Origin: Parvibaculales bacterium | Lineage (GTDB): Bacteria > Pseudomonadota > Alphaproteobacteria > RS24 | Direction: 5' to 3' | Assembly: GCA_049889535.1 (NCBI GenBank) | Contig: JBMHDF010000011.1 | Coordinates: 18,459-82,458 of the forward strand | Length of the DNA: 64,000 nt | Shown: piece after piece, positions 29,141-38,888 of the stretch | Layout: each line of letters opens with the position of its first letter | Position numbering within the stretch: position 1 is the stretch's first letter | Notes under the pieces: model-generated | Told to the model about the DNA's origin: nothing | The model's database searches: none | Seen by the model: only the letters and a program-made list of their open reading frames with translations | Made by a program: the position numbers and the translations under genes

Positions 29141-30226
29141 GTGACAGATTATCCACTTGTCATTTATGCTGGAGCTAGCGCCTATCACCATATTTGTGAA
29201 AACGGGCTACAGCCACACCACATAACGCGAATTATCGGTGCATCTGGCGCGTCTAAATGGCTTACCATTGCCGGACTTGATGCATATATTTTTGGCAGCT
29301 GGCTGGCTGGTATTCACCATGAAATTGATTTGTTTGGTACATCTGTTGGCGCCTTTAAGCTGGCCGCTGCAGCAAGTGCCAATCCGCGTGAACGGTTACA
29401 ACAACTTGCAGATGACTATGCCGCTTTTGGCAATGAGGACAATTCGAATAATTTACGCGACACGATTAGCCAATCCACACGCACCATTTTGCATCGCCTA
29501 TTGGGTCATGGCCAAGCAGATGAAATTTTAAGCCATCCATATTTGCGTTTTCATTGCGGCACAGTCAAACCGATTGGCGGATTTGCCACTGAAAATCGGT
29601 TAAAACAAAGCGCGGTTTTGGGGCATGTTTTTGCCCGCTCGCCTTTTCGCCGCGACGAGTTATCAGGATATTGTGAGCGGGTTATATTTTCAGACCCGCG
29701 CAGCCAGCGACAAGTCGCTCAAAATGACAGCTACCACACGCTGCAAACCTCTTTGACGCCAGACAATCTTGTCGATGCGGTTTTGGCGTCTGGGTCAATG
29801 CCGGTTTATATGCACCCTGTTCAGCATGAACTCTTGGGACAGACACATAATTTATATGATGGCGGCATGCTGGATTATCATCCAATGCCTGATTTATTCT
29901 GGGAGAAAGATGACGGCCTGACCCTATATCCGCATTTTTATGACCATATTAAATTGCGCTGGTTCGATAAATTCTACCCCAGCCGGCGAGCGGCGGCACA
30001 TTTACTGGATCAAACAATCTTAATCGCCCCTTCCGCCGCATTCATCCGCTCGCTACCAAACCAGCGTATCCCATCGCGACAGGATTTCCGAAACTATAGA
30101 AATGACCCAGAAACGCGGACAAAAAACTGGCTTGAAGTTGTTCAAAGAAGCCACGAACTTGGGGCGGCGTTTGAGGAAATTATCTCATCCGGCAATATTG
30201 CAAATCATGTTAAACTGTTGTCATAA
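29141..30226 (+). CDS. Patatin-like phospholipase family protein
   Basis: Glycine-rich IIGASGASKW, GxSxG nucleophile elbow GTSVGA, and the catalytic Asp in YDGGMLDY. GTG start. Confidence 0.7.
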   Translation: MTDYPLVIYAGASAYHHICENGLQPHHITRIIGASGASKWLTIAGLDAYIFGSWLAGIHHEIDLFGTSVGAFKLAAAASANPRERLQQLADDYAAFGNEDNSNNLRDTISQSTRTILHRLLGHGQADEILSHPYLRFHCGTVKPIGGFATENRLKQSAVLGHVFARSPFRRDELSGYCERVIFSDPRSQRQVAQNDSYHTLQTSLTPDNLVDAVLASGSMPVYMHPVQHELLGQTHNLYDGGMLDYHPMPDLFWEKDDGLTLYPHFYDHIKLRWFDKFYPSRRAAAHLLDQTILIAPSAAFIRSLPNQRIPSRQDFRNYRNDPETRTKNWLEVVQRSHELGAAFEEIISSGNIANHVKLLS

Positions 30227-30268
30227 AACAGAACAAAACTGATGACAGGCTAAAAACAAGGTTTGAAA

Positions 30269-31210
30269 ATGGTCAAAATTTTATCTCAAATTGAACTGCC
30301 TGAGCTTGAGCAGCATCTCAAAGCGCATTTCCCAGATATTGAGTTGAGCTATCTTAAAATTGGCGAGCCAGTGCCTGCGAACACTGAAGCGGATTGCCTA
30401 CTGGCGGTTGCGAGCAATTTAAAAGGGCTTGATAAAATTATACCTGAAATAAAAGGCCTGCGTTGGATACAAGTTGTCGGGGCAGGTGTTGATGGTTTCA
30501 ATTTAGAGGTTTTGGGCGATATTGTCCTTACCACCACCAAAGGCGTGAGCGCAGTGCCCATTTCAGAATGGGTGATGGCAATGATTTTGACACAAGCCAA
30601 AAGTCTGCCCGCGCAGTGGATTGAGCACCCCCCTGAATTATGGAATTTTGGTAATGCGCCAATGGCCTGTCTGGATAGTCAAAAACTGGCCATTTATGGA
30701 TTTGGCGCGATAGGGCGTGCCCTCGCCAAGCGTGCCTTGAGTTTTGATATGCAGGTCAGCGCTCTCACCCGTAATTCTGTGCCAGATATTGATGGCGTGC
30801 AACATGCCCGCAATTTTGCAGACCTTGTTGCGGATGCTGACCATCTTGTGCTTGCGGCACCCAGCACCAAAGCCACTTATCATATTCTCAATGCCGATAG
30901 CTTTAAGCATTTAAAATCGGGCACACATTTAATCAATATTGCGCGGGGTGAATTGATTGACGAAAGCGCATTGCGCACCGCCCTAGATGATGGCACTGTG
31001 ACTTGCGCCTCTTTAGATGTCGCACAAAACGAACCGCTAGATGCAGAACATTGGTTCTTTTCTGACCAACGGATTCGCTTTAGCCCTCATATTTCATGGG
31101 GCGACCCATCAACAATGGAACGCATGTTGAGTATTTTTATTGAAAATTTATCTTTGTTTGTGAGCGGCAAAACTTTGGTAAATATATTTGATGTGGAAGC
31201 GGGTTATTAA
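30269..31210 (+). CDS. D-isomer-specific 2-hydroxyacid dehydrogenase family, NAD-binding
   Basis: IYGFGAIGRALAKRA, LINIARGELIDESAL, ASLDVAQNEPL and SPHISW. Confidence 0.85.
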   Translation: MVKILSQIELPELEQHLKAHFPDIELSYLKIGEPVPANTEADCLLAVASNLKGLDKIIPEIKGLRWIQVVGAGVDGFNLEVLGDIVLTTTKGVSAVPISEWVMAMILTQAKSLPAQWIEHPPELWNFGNAPMACLDSQKLAIYGFGAIGRALAKRALSFDMQVSALTRNSVPDIDGVQHARNFADLVADADHLVLAAPSTKATYHILNADSFKHLKSGTHLINIARGELIDESALRTALDDGTVTCASLDVAQNEPLDAEHWFFSDQRIRFSPHISWGDPSTMERMLSIFIENLSLFVSGKTLVNIFDVEAGY

Positions 31211-31719
31211 TGGTTAAGCTTATACTTTGGCGGCATGCAAAAACGATTCACCAGGAAGGGCTGGCGGATACAGAGCGCTATCTCACTGGGCAGGGGCGCG
31301 AAGATCGGGAAGTATCGGCTCACTATATTTTAGCAAACCACGCGCCTGATATTATTCTCTGCTCAACAGCAACCCGCACCCGTGAAACGCTTGAAGCCCT
31401 TGAAAAACAAGGGACAGACGCCAAAATTCAATTCACCGAATTTCTCTATCATTGCTATGTTGAGGATATATTGGAACTGGCGGGCGGCATTGATGACAGC
31501 TACCAGACTTTGCTCATTGTCGGCCATAATCCAGGCCTTGAAGATTTTATCCTCAATGTCAGCCGCAACGCGCAAGCCCATCGTGCGCAAACTGGATATA
31601 AATTCTATCCAGGTGACGTGGCGGTCATTGAATGGGCGCAATCAAATTGGGGCGGGCTTCAATTTAAAGATGCCGTGTTAACCGATATTTTCAGCGTGAA
31701 GCAAAAACCGAACACATAA
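31210..31719 (+). CDS. Histidine phosphatase family protein (SixA-like)
   Basis: LILWRHAKT (RHA catalytic motif) and IVGHNPGLEDF. TAATG overlap with the upstream gene. Confidence 0.75.
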   Translation: MVKLILWRHAKTIHQEGLADTERYLTGQGREDREVSAHYILANHAPDIILCSTATRTRETLEALEKQGTDAKIQFTEFLYHCYVEDILELAGGIDDSYQTLLIVGHNPGLEDFILNVSRNAQAHRAQTGYKFYPGDVAVIEWAQSNWGGLQFKDAVLTDIFSVKQKPNT

Positions 31720-31726
31720 TCAGCGT

Positions 31727-32917
31727 TTAAAGGCGCTCATAAATCGCGGCAATGCCCTGCCCACCACCAATGCAAAGCGTGATGAGCGCATACCGTCCAT
31801 CAATGCGCGCCAATTCATATAAGGCTTTGGTCGAGATAATCGCCCCTGTTGCACCAACAGGGTGACCCAATGCCACCGCACCGCCATTAGGATTGGTTTT
31901 GTCAGCCGGAAAGCCAAGCTCTTTTGACACCGCACAAGCTTGCGCTGCAAAGGCTTCATTGCTTTCAATCACATCCATGTCATCAACTGTTAGACCCGAT
32001 TTTTCTATCACTTGCCGCACAGCCGGAATTGGACCCGTACCCATAATAGACGGCTCCACCCCAGCGCGCGCATAAGCTACAATCCGTGCCATTGGCTTTA
32101 AGCCTTGCTCAGCCGCAAAAGCTGCATCAGCCAATACCAACATAGACGCCCCGTCATTAATACCAGAGGCATTACCCGCGGTCACCGTGCCGCCATCTTT
32201 TTGAAAAGCGGGTGGCAGGCTCGCCAAGCCTTCAGCGGTTACATCAGCGCGGAAATGCTCATCTGTATCAAAAACAACTGTTTGTTTTCGGCTCTTTACT
32301 TCAACAGGCACAATCTGCTCTTTAAAATAGCCGTTTTCAACTGCATGTGCGGCGCGGCGATGGCTTTCAGCTGCAAATGCGTCTTGGTCTTCGCGAGAAA
32401 TCTCAAACTGGCGCCCGACTTTTTCAGCCGTCATGCCCATATGACCCGCGCCAAACGGGTCTGATAAAGTGGCGAGTAAATCATCTTCAAAAGCCAGCGA
32501 CCCCATGCGCTGCCCATCACGTGGGCTGGCTGAAGAAAATGTTGCCTGCGACATGACTTCTGCCCCGCCTGCAACAGCAAGCTTCACTTCACCTGTCTGG
32601 ATTTGTTGAGTCGCGTTCACAATCGCTTCAAGACCTGAACCACATAAGCGATTTACTGTAACGGCATGACTTTCAATGGACATACCCGCTTCAATCGCAA
32701 TCATACGCGAAATATAAGCGTCTTTTGATTTGGTTCGAATAACATTGCCAACAATCGCGGACTGGATATCTTCCACTTTAACACCCGCGCGTCCCGCCGC
32801 TTCTTTGACGCAAAGCGCGCCCAATGTTTCCATCGGCACTTTTGACAAGCTGCCCCCAAAGCGCCCCACTGCCGTGCGCACAGCACTTAAAATAACAACA
32901 TCATTCAAACCAGACAT
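31727..32917 (-). CDS. Acetyl-CoA C-acetyltransferase (thiolase II)
   Basis: VNRLCGSGLEAI (active-site Cys), NEAFAAQ, GHPVGATGA and CIGGGQGIA. Confidence 0.93.
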   Translation of the reverse strand: MSGLNDVVILSAVRTAVGRFGGSLSKVPMETLGALCVKEAAGRAGVKVEDIQSAIVGNVIRTKSKDAYISRMIAIEAGMSIESHAVTVNRLCGSGLEAIVNATQQIQTGEVKLAVAGGAEVMSQATFSSASPRDGQRMGSLAFEDDLLATLSDPFGAGHMGMTAEKVGRQFEISREDQDAFAAESHRRAAHAVENGYFKEQIVPVEVKSRKQTVVFDTDEHFRADVTAEGLASLPPAFQKDGGTVTAGNASGINDGASMLVLADAAFAAEQGLKPMARIVAYARAGVEPSIMGTGPIPAVRQVIEKSGLTVDDMDVIESNEAFAAQACAVSKELGFPADKTNPNGGAVALGHPVGATGAIISTKALYELARIDGRYALITLCIGGGQGIAAIYERL

Positions 32918-32995
32918 TTTTATCCCCTCTTTTCACCATATGAACTGTTGCTGTTTTTTCGCATTTATTATTGCTAAAGAAAAGAGGAAATAGGA

Positions 32996-33024
32996 TTGAC
33001 AGCATGTATATTTACGCCTAATGT
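32996..33024 (+). promoter_or_regulatory. Candidate sigma-70 promoter of umuDC (TTGACA-N17-TAATGT)
   Basis: Perfect -35 TTGACA at 32996-33001, a 17-nt spacer, then TAATGT at 33019-33024. The SOS box overlaps the -10 end. Confidence 0.5.
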
Positions 33025-33037
33025 TCTTGTTCTGTTC
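33023..33037 (+). promoter_or_regulatory. Alphaproteobacterial SOS (LexA) box GTTC-N7-GTTC
   Basis: GTTCTTGTTCTGTTC, 18 nt upstream of the umuD ATG at 33056. Confidence 0.7.
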
Positions 33038-33055
33038 TTTTTTTCGAGTTGCGTC

Positions 33056-33466
33056 ATGTTATATCAGGCAAATGTGTTGTCACAGCTACAACGCCCGCTT
33101 TTCACATCCAAAATTTCAGCAGGGTTTCCGAGTCCGGCAGATGATTTTATCGAAGGTAGCCTTGATCTCAACCAACACCTTATTGACCATCCGCAAGCGA
33201 CTTTCTTTTTGCGTGTGTCGGGGGACAGCATGCGTGGTGCGGGTATTTTTCCAGGTGACTTATTGATTGTCGACCGCAGCCTGACAGCCAGCCATAATGA
33301 TATTGTGATTGCTGTTTTACATAATGAGCTGACCATTAAACGCCTGATAAAACAAAAAAACACTTATCTCCTACGCCCAGAAAACCCTGCCTATAAGGAT
33401 ATTCCCCTGCCCGAAGATGCTGAAATATGGGGGGTTGTCAGCCACACCATACATGGCTTTCGATAG
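33056..33466 (+). CDS. umuD: Translesion polymerase V autoproteolytic subunit UmuD
   Basis: Cleavage-site region [11 protein letters not shown], Ser nucleophile VSGDSM, and Lys in ELTIKRL. Collinear with E. coli UmuD. Confidence 0.88.
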   Translation: MLYQANVLSQLQRPLFTSKISAGFPSPADDFIEGSLDLNQHLIDHPQATFFLRVSGDSMRGAGIFPGDLLIVDRSLTASHNDIVIAVLHNELTIKRLIKQKNTYLLRPENPAYKDIPLPEDAEIWGVVSHTIHGFR

Positions 33467-33474
33467 AGGGGTGT

Positions 33475-34803
33475 ATGGGACGTTTATTCGCGCTCATTGA
33501 TTGTAATAATTTTTATGCTTCTTGCGAGCGTGTTTTTGAACCGCGCTTGCGTGGACGTCCAGTGGTTGTCCTTTCCAATAATGATGGCTGCGTGATTGCG
33601 CGCTCTAACGAAGCCAAAGCACTCGGCATACCGATGGGCGTTCCTTATTTTAAAATCCGCGACCTTATCCAAAAACATCATGTGGTTGTGCGCTCTAGCA
33701 ATTTTGCGCTTTATGGCGATATGAGCCATCGCGTGATGACCATCTTATCTGATTTCGCCCCAGACTCAGAAATATATAGCATTGATGAATGTTTTCTTGA
33801 TTTTACCGGCATGCAGCCCGCCATCGAGGATTACGAAACCTATGCGTGCCAAATCCGTCAAACAGTTTATCAGCAAACAGGCATTCCTGTTTCAATCGGC
33901 ATTGGGCGGAGCAAGACACTGGCTAAAATCGCCAATCGCATTGCGAAAAAAAACACAACTAATGGCGCATGCTATCTTGCCGATTGGGCTGAGGAGCAAG
34001 CGCTAAAAATGACTGAGATTGACGATATATGGGGGATTGGCCGGCGCTGGGCCAAAAAATTACGTGCGCATAACATCACCACAGCCTATGACTTTCAGGC
34101 CGCGCCCGATAGCTGGGTACGCCGTCAAATGGGCGTGGTTGGTTTACGGACGCTGCGCGAATTGCGGGGCGAAAGCTGTATACAACTTGAAAACGCACCG
34201 ATGCCCAAACAAAGTGTGTGTTGTTCGCGCAGTTTCCACACACCAATTGAAAGCGCGGCAGCCCTTGCCGACCGACTGGCCGGATTTGCCGCCCGTGTAG
34301 CTGAAAAAATCCGGCGCGATGATTTGCTTGCCGCATCTGTAAGTGTTTTTATCCGCACAAATTGGCATCAAAAAAATGTACCTTATTACAATAAAGCTGC
34401 CGAGTTTCAGTTTCACGAAATGACCAATCACACGCGCGACATTCAACGCGCCACGCAAGCGATATTGGACCGCATTTTCAAGGCAGATTGCGCCTATAAA
34501 AAAGCAGGTGTTATGTTGAACGGCCTGCGCCCGCGCCATGAAATAACCGACCCGCTACACACGCGCCCGCAAACACTTTTCAGCTATCATCAAATGCAAA
34601 GCAATCCGCAACAAGCAGTTGAGCGCACACGCCAGGCCAAACTCATGCAAGCGTTTGACGCGATTAACCGGCGTTATGGACAAACTGGTGGGCGGATGAT
34701 TGCTTTTGGACAATTACGCCAGCCCATTAATTGGTATATGCGCCAAAGCCATTTATCGCCCTGCTATACAACGCGTTGGGATGAGTTAAAAAAAGTGACC
34801 TAG
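33475..34803 (+). CDS. umuC: Y-family DNA polymerase V catalytic subunit UmuC
   Basis: [40 protein letters not shown]...[17 protein letters not shown] ribosome-binding site before ATG 33475. Confidence 0.92.
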   Translation: MGRLFALIDCNNFYASCERVFEPRLRGRPVVVLSNNDGCVIARSNEAKALGIPMGVPYFKIRDLIQKHHVVVRSSNFALYGDMSHRVMTILSDFAPDSEIYSIDECFLDFTGMQPAIEDYETYACQIRQTVYQQTGIPVSIGIGRSKTLAKIANRIAKKNTTNGACYLADWAEEQALKMTEIDDIWGIGRRWAKKLRAHNITTAYDFQAAPDSWVRRQMGVVGLRTLRELRGESCIQLENAPMPKQSVCCSRSFHTPIESAAALADRLAGFAARVAEKIRRDDLLAASVSVFIRTNWHQKNVPYYNKAAEFQFHEMTNHTRDIQRATQAILDRIFKADCAYKKAGVMLNGLRPRHEITDPLHTRPQTLFSYHQMQSNPQQAVERTRQAKLMQAFDAINRRYGQTGGRMIAFGQLRQPINWYMRQSHLSPCYTTRWDELKKVT

Positions 34804-36314
34804 CCAACTGATGCAGCGCGGGCGGCACGCTTGCGCTCAGCACTGGTGGGAATATGCATCGCCTCGCGATATTTGGCGACAGTGCGCCGTGCAATATCCA
34901 TGCCTTCACTTTTCAAAATTTTAGAAATTGCCTCATCAGAAAGAATTTTTTTGCGTCCCATTTCCAATTCGGTCTCAATGAGATGACGAATACGCTCACG
35001 CACCGCCTCAGCCGAAAGTGCCGTGCCACCATCTGTACTCGCAATTGAATTGGTGAAAAAATAGCGCATTTCAAAAACCCCACGCGGAGTTTGAACCAGC
35101 TTATTGGCCACCACGCGGCTCACTGTGCTTTCATGCATATCTAGCGCATCAGCCACATCACGCATCACCATTGGCTTAAGCCCACGAATACCATCCGACA
35201 AAAAGGCAGATTGCTGACGGAAAATTTCCCGTGCCACTTGCAAAATACTGGCAGCGCGTTGAGTCAGAGCGCGCACCAGCCATTGGCCATTTTGATAGGA
35301 GTCTTGTAAATATTTGCGGTCTTGTTTGGACATTTTCTTGGCCGCCAGCTCTTCCCAATAGCCATTAAGCACAACAATTTTTGGTAAAGTTTCTTCATTC
35401 AACTCAATACGATAACCCGTATCCTCACCCGCATCCTCATAAACAATAACTTCTGGCGCACGGGCCTGTAAGACATCCGAGGCAAAAGCACGCGCCGGAT
35501 GTGGGTCTAACGCGCGTAAATCATGAATCATTTTATCCAATTGTTGCGGGCGCACATCGCAAAGCCGCATTAATTTTGTTAATTCACCACGCATAATTAA
35601 ATCTAAATTTGCCAATAATGTTTCATAAGCAGGCGCCCAATTTTGATTAGCCCGCAATTGCAAACTCAAACAATCTGTTAAAGAGCGGGCAAATATGCCG
35701 ACAGGTTGCAATTGTTGGCAAAGCGACAAAGCTTCTCGAAAAACATCCACCTTCACGCCTAAAGCTTTACAAATCTCTGCATCATTTTCGCGCAAATAGC
35801 CTTCATCATCGAGCCATTCAACCAGCGCTAAGCAGACAGGCTTGAGCGTGTTATTAATAACCTCTTCTTCAATTTGTCGACGCAAATGTTCCCGAAGGCT
35901 TGGCTTTTCCGAAATAATTTGCTCAATCAAACTGCCCGGGTCTATTTGCCCCGCTTCAACAAAGCCTGTTTCTTCAGCGTCCCAGCGATTTTCATAATCA
36001 GCATCCGAGCCAGTACCCAGCATTTCGCCACGTTGCATCTGCTCGCCCATATCCGTTTGCGCGCCTGAATTTTGTCCAGCTGCAGCGTCAAGGTTTTCAT
36101 CACCGCTGGCAGGGCTTATTCCATCGCGCCCTATCTCTGCCCCCACACCATCAGCTGAGGCACGCTCAAGCAGAGGGTTTTTCTCCACCTCTTCAGTGAT
36201 TTTTTTATCAAGCTCAATATTGTTGAACTGCAATAGCGCAATGGCCTGCTGCATTTGCGGCGTCATCATCAGATTTTGCGATTGCTTGGTTTTTAAATTT
36301 GTTTGAAGTTTCAT
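34800..36314 (-). CDS. rpoN: RNA polymerase sigma-54 factor
   Basis: [29 protein letters not shown] (region I), and a C-terminal RpoN box [10 protein letters not shown]. Confidence 0.95.
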   Translation of the reverse strand: MKLQTNLKTKQSQNLMMTPQMQQAIALLQFNNIELDKKITEEVEKNPLLERASADGVGAEIGRDGISPASGDENLDAAAGQNSGAQTDMGEQMQRGEMLGTGSDADYENRWDAEETGFVEAGQIDPGSLIEQIISEKPSLREHLRRQIEEEVINNTLKPVCLALVEWLDDEGYLRENDAEICKALGVKVDVFREALSLCQQLQPVGIFARSLTDCLSLQLRANQNWAPAYETLLANLDLIMRGELTKLMRLCDVRPQQLDKMIHDLRALDPHPARAFASDVLQARAPEVIVYEDAGEDTGYRIELNEETLPKIVVLNGYWEELAAKKMSKQDRKYLQDSYQNGQWLVRALTQRAASILQVAREIFRQQSAFLSDGIRGLKPMVMRDVADALDMHESTVSRVVANKLVQTPRGVFEMRYFFTNSIASTDGGTALSAEAVRERIRHLIETELEMGRKKILSDEAISKILKSEGMDIARRTVAKYREAMHIPTSAERKRAARAASVG

Positions 36315-38071
36315 GACACACTTGCTCTGCCCGAAACATTTTCTTCCGCGTGACTTTGTTCATTTATCGAGAGATAATGACGGAATATATCAGCTTCTGT
36401 AATGATGCCAAGTAAATCTCCATTATCAGAAACGACAGGCAAACTCTCGCCAATAAAATCCGTAATTTCAGCCATGGCTTCTAAAATAGAGGTATCCTCA
36501 CGCAGCATCACAAAGTCTGCAAATTGCCCAAACTGGTCAAACATTTGATTATCTTCTGACTGCACTAATTTTTGCAAATCTGTTTTACCTATCAGGATTT
36601 TTTCTTCATCAATAATATAGGCCTCAGAAAAACCTGTTTCCACCATATGCCTCAAGGCTTGCTGATGGTCCATATCTGTTGTCAAAGCGCAATAATCTTG
36701 CGAAACAAGCTGCTTAATCGGCGTTTGCGAGAATTTATACTGCCCCCTACTCATGGACATATCCACCCCGCGCACCAATAATTTGCGGTCAAATAATGAG
36801 CGCCCAAACAAGCGATTAGATGCCAAATTCGCAAACACAATCGACACCATAACGCCAATCGTCGTGGTGTAATCATGGGTCAGCTCAAACACAATAATAA
36901 TCGTGCTAATCGGGGCGCCAATGGTTGACGAAATCAACGCGCCCATACCTGCCAGCGCCAGCAATCCAATAATAGCGGGCGGCATATCCAAAACCATAAC
37001 CGCGCTTTGGCCAAAAGCAGCACCAAACATCAAGCCAATAAATAGAGCGGGGGCAAACACGCCTGCATAAAACCCAAAGGAAATAGATAGAGCTGCCATG
37101 AGCAATTTAAGCAGGCAAAATAAAATCAGCAATCCGAGCATGATGTCACCTGAAATGGCAGCTTTCATGACGACAATATTTTGGCCTAAAATTTGCGGCA
37201 CATAAATACCAACCACCCATAACAGCACCGCACCAATAAACGGTAGACACCAAAACGGCACACCGATTTTTGGCGTCGCCAGTTCGCTGCGCAAGCAAAT
37301 TTGCATAAACAATGCCGCCAGCATGCCACCTCCCAGACCAGTTAAAATCAATAAAAGGATTGTATCGGCGGATCGAATAGATAGGTTAATGGGGCTTAAA
37401 AATGGCTCAATAGGAAAGAGATTCAACATCACCACATAGGCCACGACAGACGCCAAAGTCACTGGCGCAAAAGTGCGCAAAGAAAAATGCCGCAACACAA
37501 CCTCATGAACAAATAAAATCGCTGCAATAGGCGCACCAAAGGCCGCAGAAATAACCCCCGCTACGCCGCACGCCAACAGCACTTCAGACGCATTTCGGGT
37601 GAGATTAACATAGCGCGAAACAATGGTCGCCAGCGTGGCGCCAAAATGAACCAAAGGACCATATTGCCCAACTGGCGCACCACCAGCAATTGACAGGCTA
37701 GCAATCAGGGTGGAGTAAAGCCCCCCACCTATATCAACTTGCGCATTGGGCCGACGCGCTGCCTCAATTGTATCGGCCACACCATAAAATTTTTGTAACC
37801 GACTGACGAATAAAACCAACGCAATCAAAGCTGCAATGATAAATAAAAATATGCCTAACTTTATGCTGGCCTGCGTGCCAATAAAACCAATATCCAAATA
37901 GCCGCTCATATTGCGTTCAGGGCTGGAAAACTGCTTTTGAAAAAAATCAATTAGAAGCTTAAAACCCTGCGCGCCAAAAGCGCCTGCCCCCCCCATAAAT
38001 AAAGAGAGGATAAGGTAAAAACTATTTTCACTCGCTTCACGAAAGCGAAAAGAACTCGCGCCTGTCGGCAT
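36311..38071 (-). CDS. ClC-family chloride channel homologue with two C-terminal CBS domains (non-canonical selectivity and gating motifs)
   Basis: ACGVAGVISAAFGAPIAAILF, GVFAP and ELTHDY are ClC blocks, with a CBS pair at the C-terminus. The stop overlaps the rpoN ATG (ATGA). Confidence 0.88.
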   Translation of the reverse strand: MPTGASSFRFREASENSFYLILSLFMGGAGAFGAQGFKLLIDFFQKQFSSPERNMSGYLDIGFIGTQASIKLGIFLFIIAALIALVLFVSRLQKFYGVADTIEAARRPNAQVDIGGGLYSTLIASLSIAGGAPVGQYGPLVHFGATLATIVSRYVNLTRNASEVLLACGVAGVISAAFGAPIAAILFVHEVVLRHFSLRTFAPVTLASVVAYVVMLNLFPIEPFLSPINLSIRSADTILLLILTGLGGGMLAALFMQICLRSELATPKIGVPFWCLPFIGAVLLWVVGIYVPQILGQNIVVMKAAISGDIMLGLLILFCLLKLLMAALSISFGFYAGVFAPALFIGLMFGAAFGQSAVMVLDMPPAIIGLLALAGMGALISSTIGAPISTIIIVFELTHDYTTTIGVMVSIVFANLASNRLFGRSLFDRKLLVRGVDMSMSRGQYKFSQTPIKQLVSQDYCALTTDMDHQQALRHMVETGFSEAYIIDEEKILIGKTDLQKLVQSEDNQMFDQFGQFADFVMLREDTSILEAMAEITDFIGESLPVVSDNGDLLGIITEADIFRHYLSINEQSHAEENVSGRASVS

Positions 38072-38150
38072 GGTAAAAGCCTTTCTCTATTGGAATTTTG
38101 GCAGATAAACCAACAAAATACCAGCCATTCCTAAAGGCTTTTAACTATGA

Positions 38151-38867
38151 TTATTTTGGCAAAGGATTTGGATTAAAGAAAATCAGCTCGCCATTTGGCA
38201 AGGTCCAATGCGGCTCCCGACCTGCCAATTTCTCAAGATGCACCAAGCTGTCATCATAATGATTGAGCGGCACATCATAGGGCGCAGCCTCAATACCACC
38301 CGCAGCCGTGATGATACGCGCTTCATGATAGCTGGTTTGCTGCGCCTCGCGCGTGCCAGATGCATTATTTTCAATCTCGATGGCGCCATAACAGCAACAG
38401 CTATAAGTACGATTATGGTCAGGCTGCACTTCAGCGTAATGCCCTGTCCCACGAATACCAATTGTGGCATGCGGGGTTTTCACCACGCGTTTGCCTGCCT
38501 TGGGAGTAAACACACTATGCACCGCTCCAAGCCCAAGCTTCAAACCTGTAAAACGTTTATCTCCATCAAGCTCAAAATTAATATCACTCTCAGGTGATAC
38601 TAAAAACACATTACTGCCCATAGCAATAATGGCTGAACTTTTGGTTGTTTGGAGATTTATCTCTGCATCGTTCAGACTATCGCCAGATTTCATCTTTAAG
38701 CCATTCACCACGACAGAACCAGCAATAACCTGATTATGAACAGCGCCTGCTTTTCCATGATCGCCAGCTAAAGCTTCTTTGGCATAAAGAGTTGAGGCTA
38801 GGCTCAATAAAAGAAAATGACGGCGCGACGTGTGAACACACCGGGATTGTGGTTTTTCAATACGCAT
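38151..38867 (-). CDS. Tat-signal secreted protein with a FecR-like domain
   Basis: SRRHFLLLSLASTLYAKEALA (twin-arginine signal). The central beta-rich segment ...HATIGIRGTGHYAEV resembles a FecR domain. ATG 38867 is preceded by GAGGG. Confidence 0.55.
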   Translation of the reverse strand: MRIEKPQSRCVHTSRRHFLLLSLASTLYAKEALAGDHGKAGAVHNQVIAGSVVVNGLKMKSGDSLNDAEINLQTTKSSAIIAMGSNVFLVSPESDINFELDGDKRFTGLKLGLGAVHSVFTPKAGKRVVKTPHATIGIRGTGHYAEVQPDHNRTYSCCCYGAIEIENNASGTREAQQTSYHEARIITAAGGIEAAPYDVPLNHYDDSLVHLEKLAGREPHWTLPNGELIFFNPNPLPK

Positions 38868-38888
38868 ATTACTTACCCTCGACAAAAA

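Noticed and set aside
38076-38141. 9-bp inverted repeat AAAGCCTTT ... AAAGGCTTT between the FecR-domain gene and the ClC gene
   Set aside because: The loop is 48 nt and no U-tract follows on the transcribed strand, so it is not a credible intrinsic terminator.
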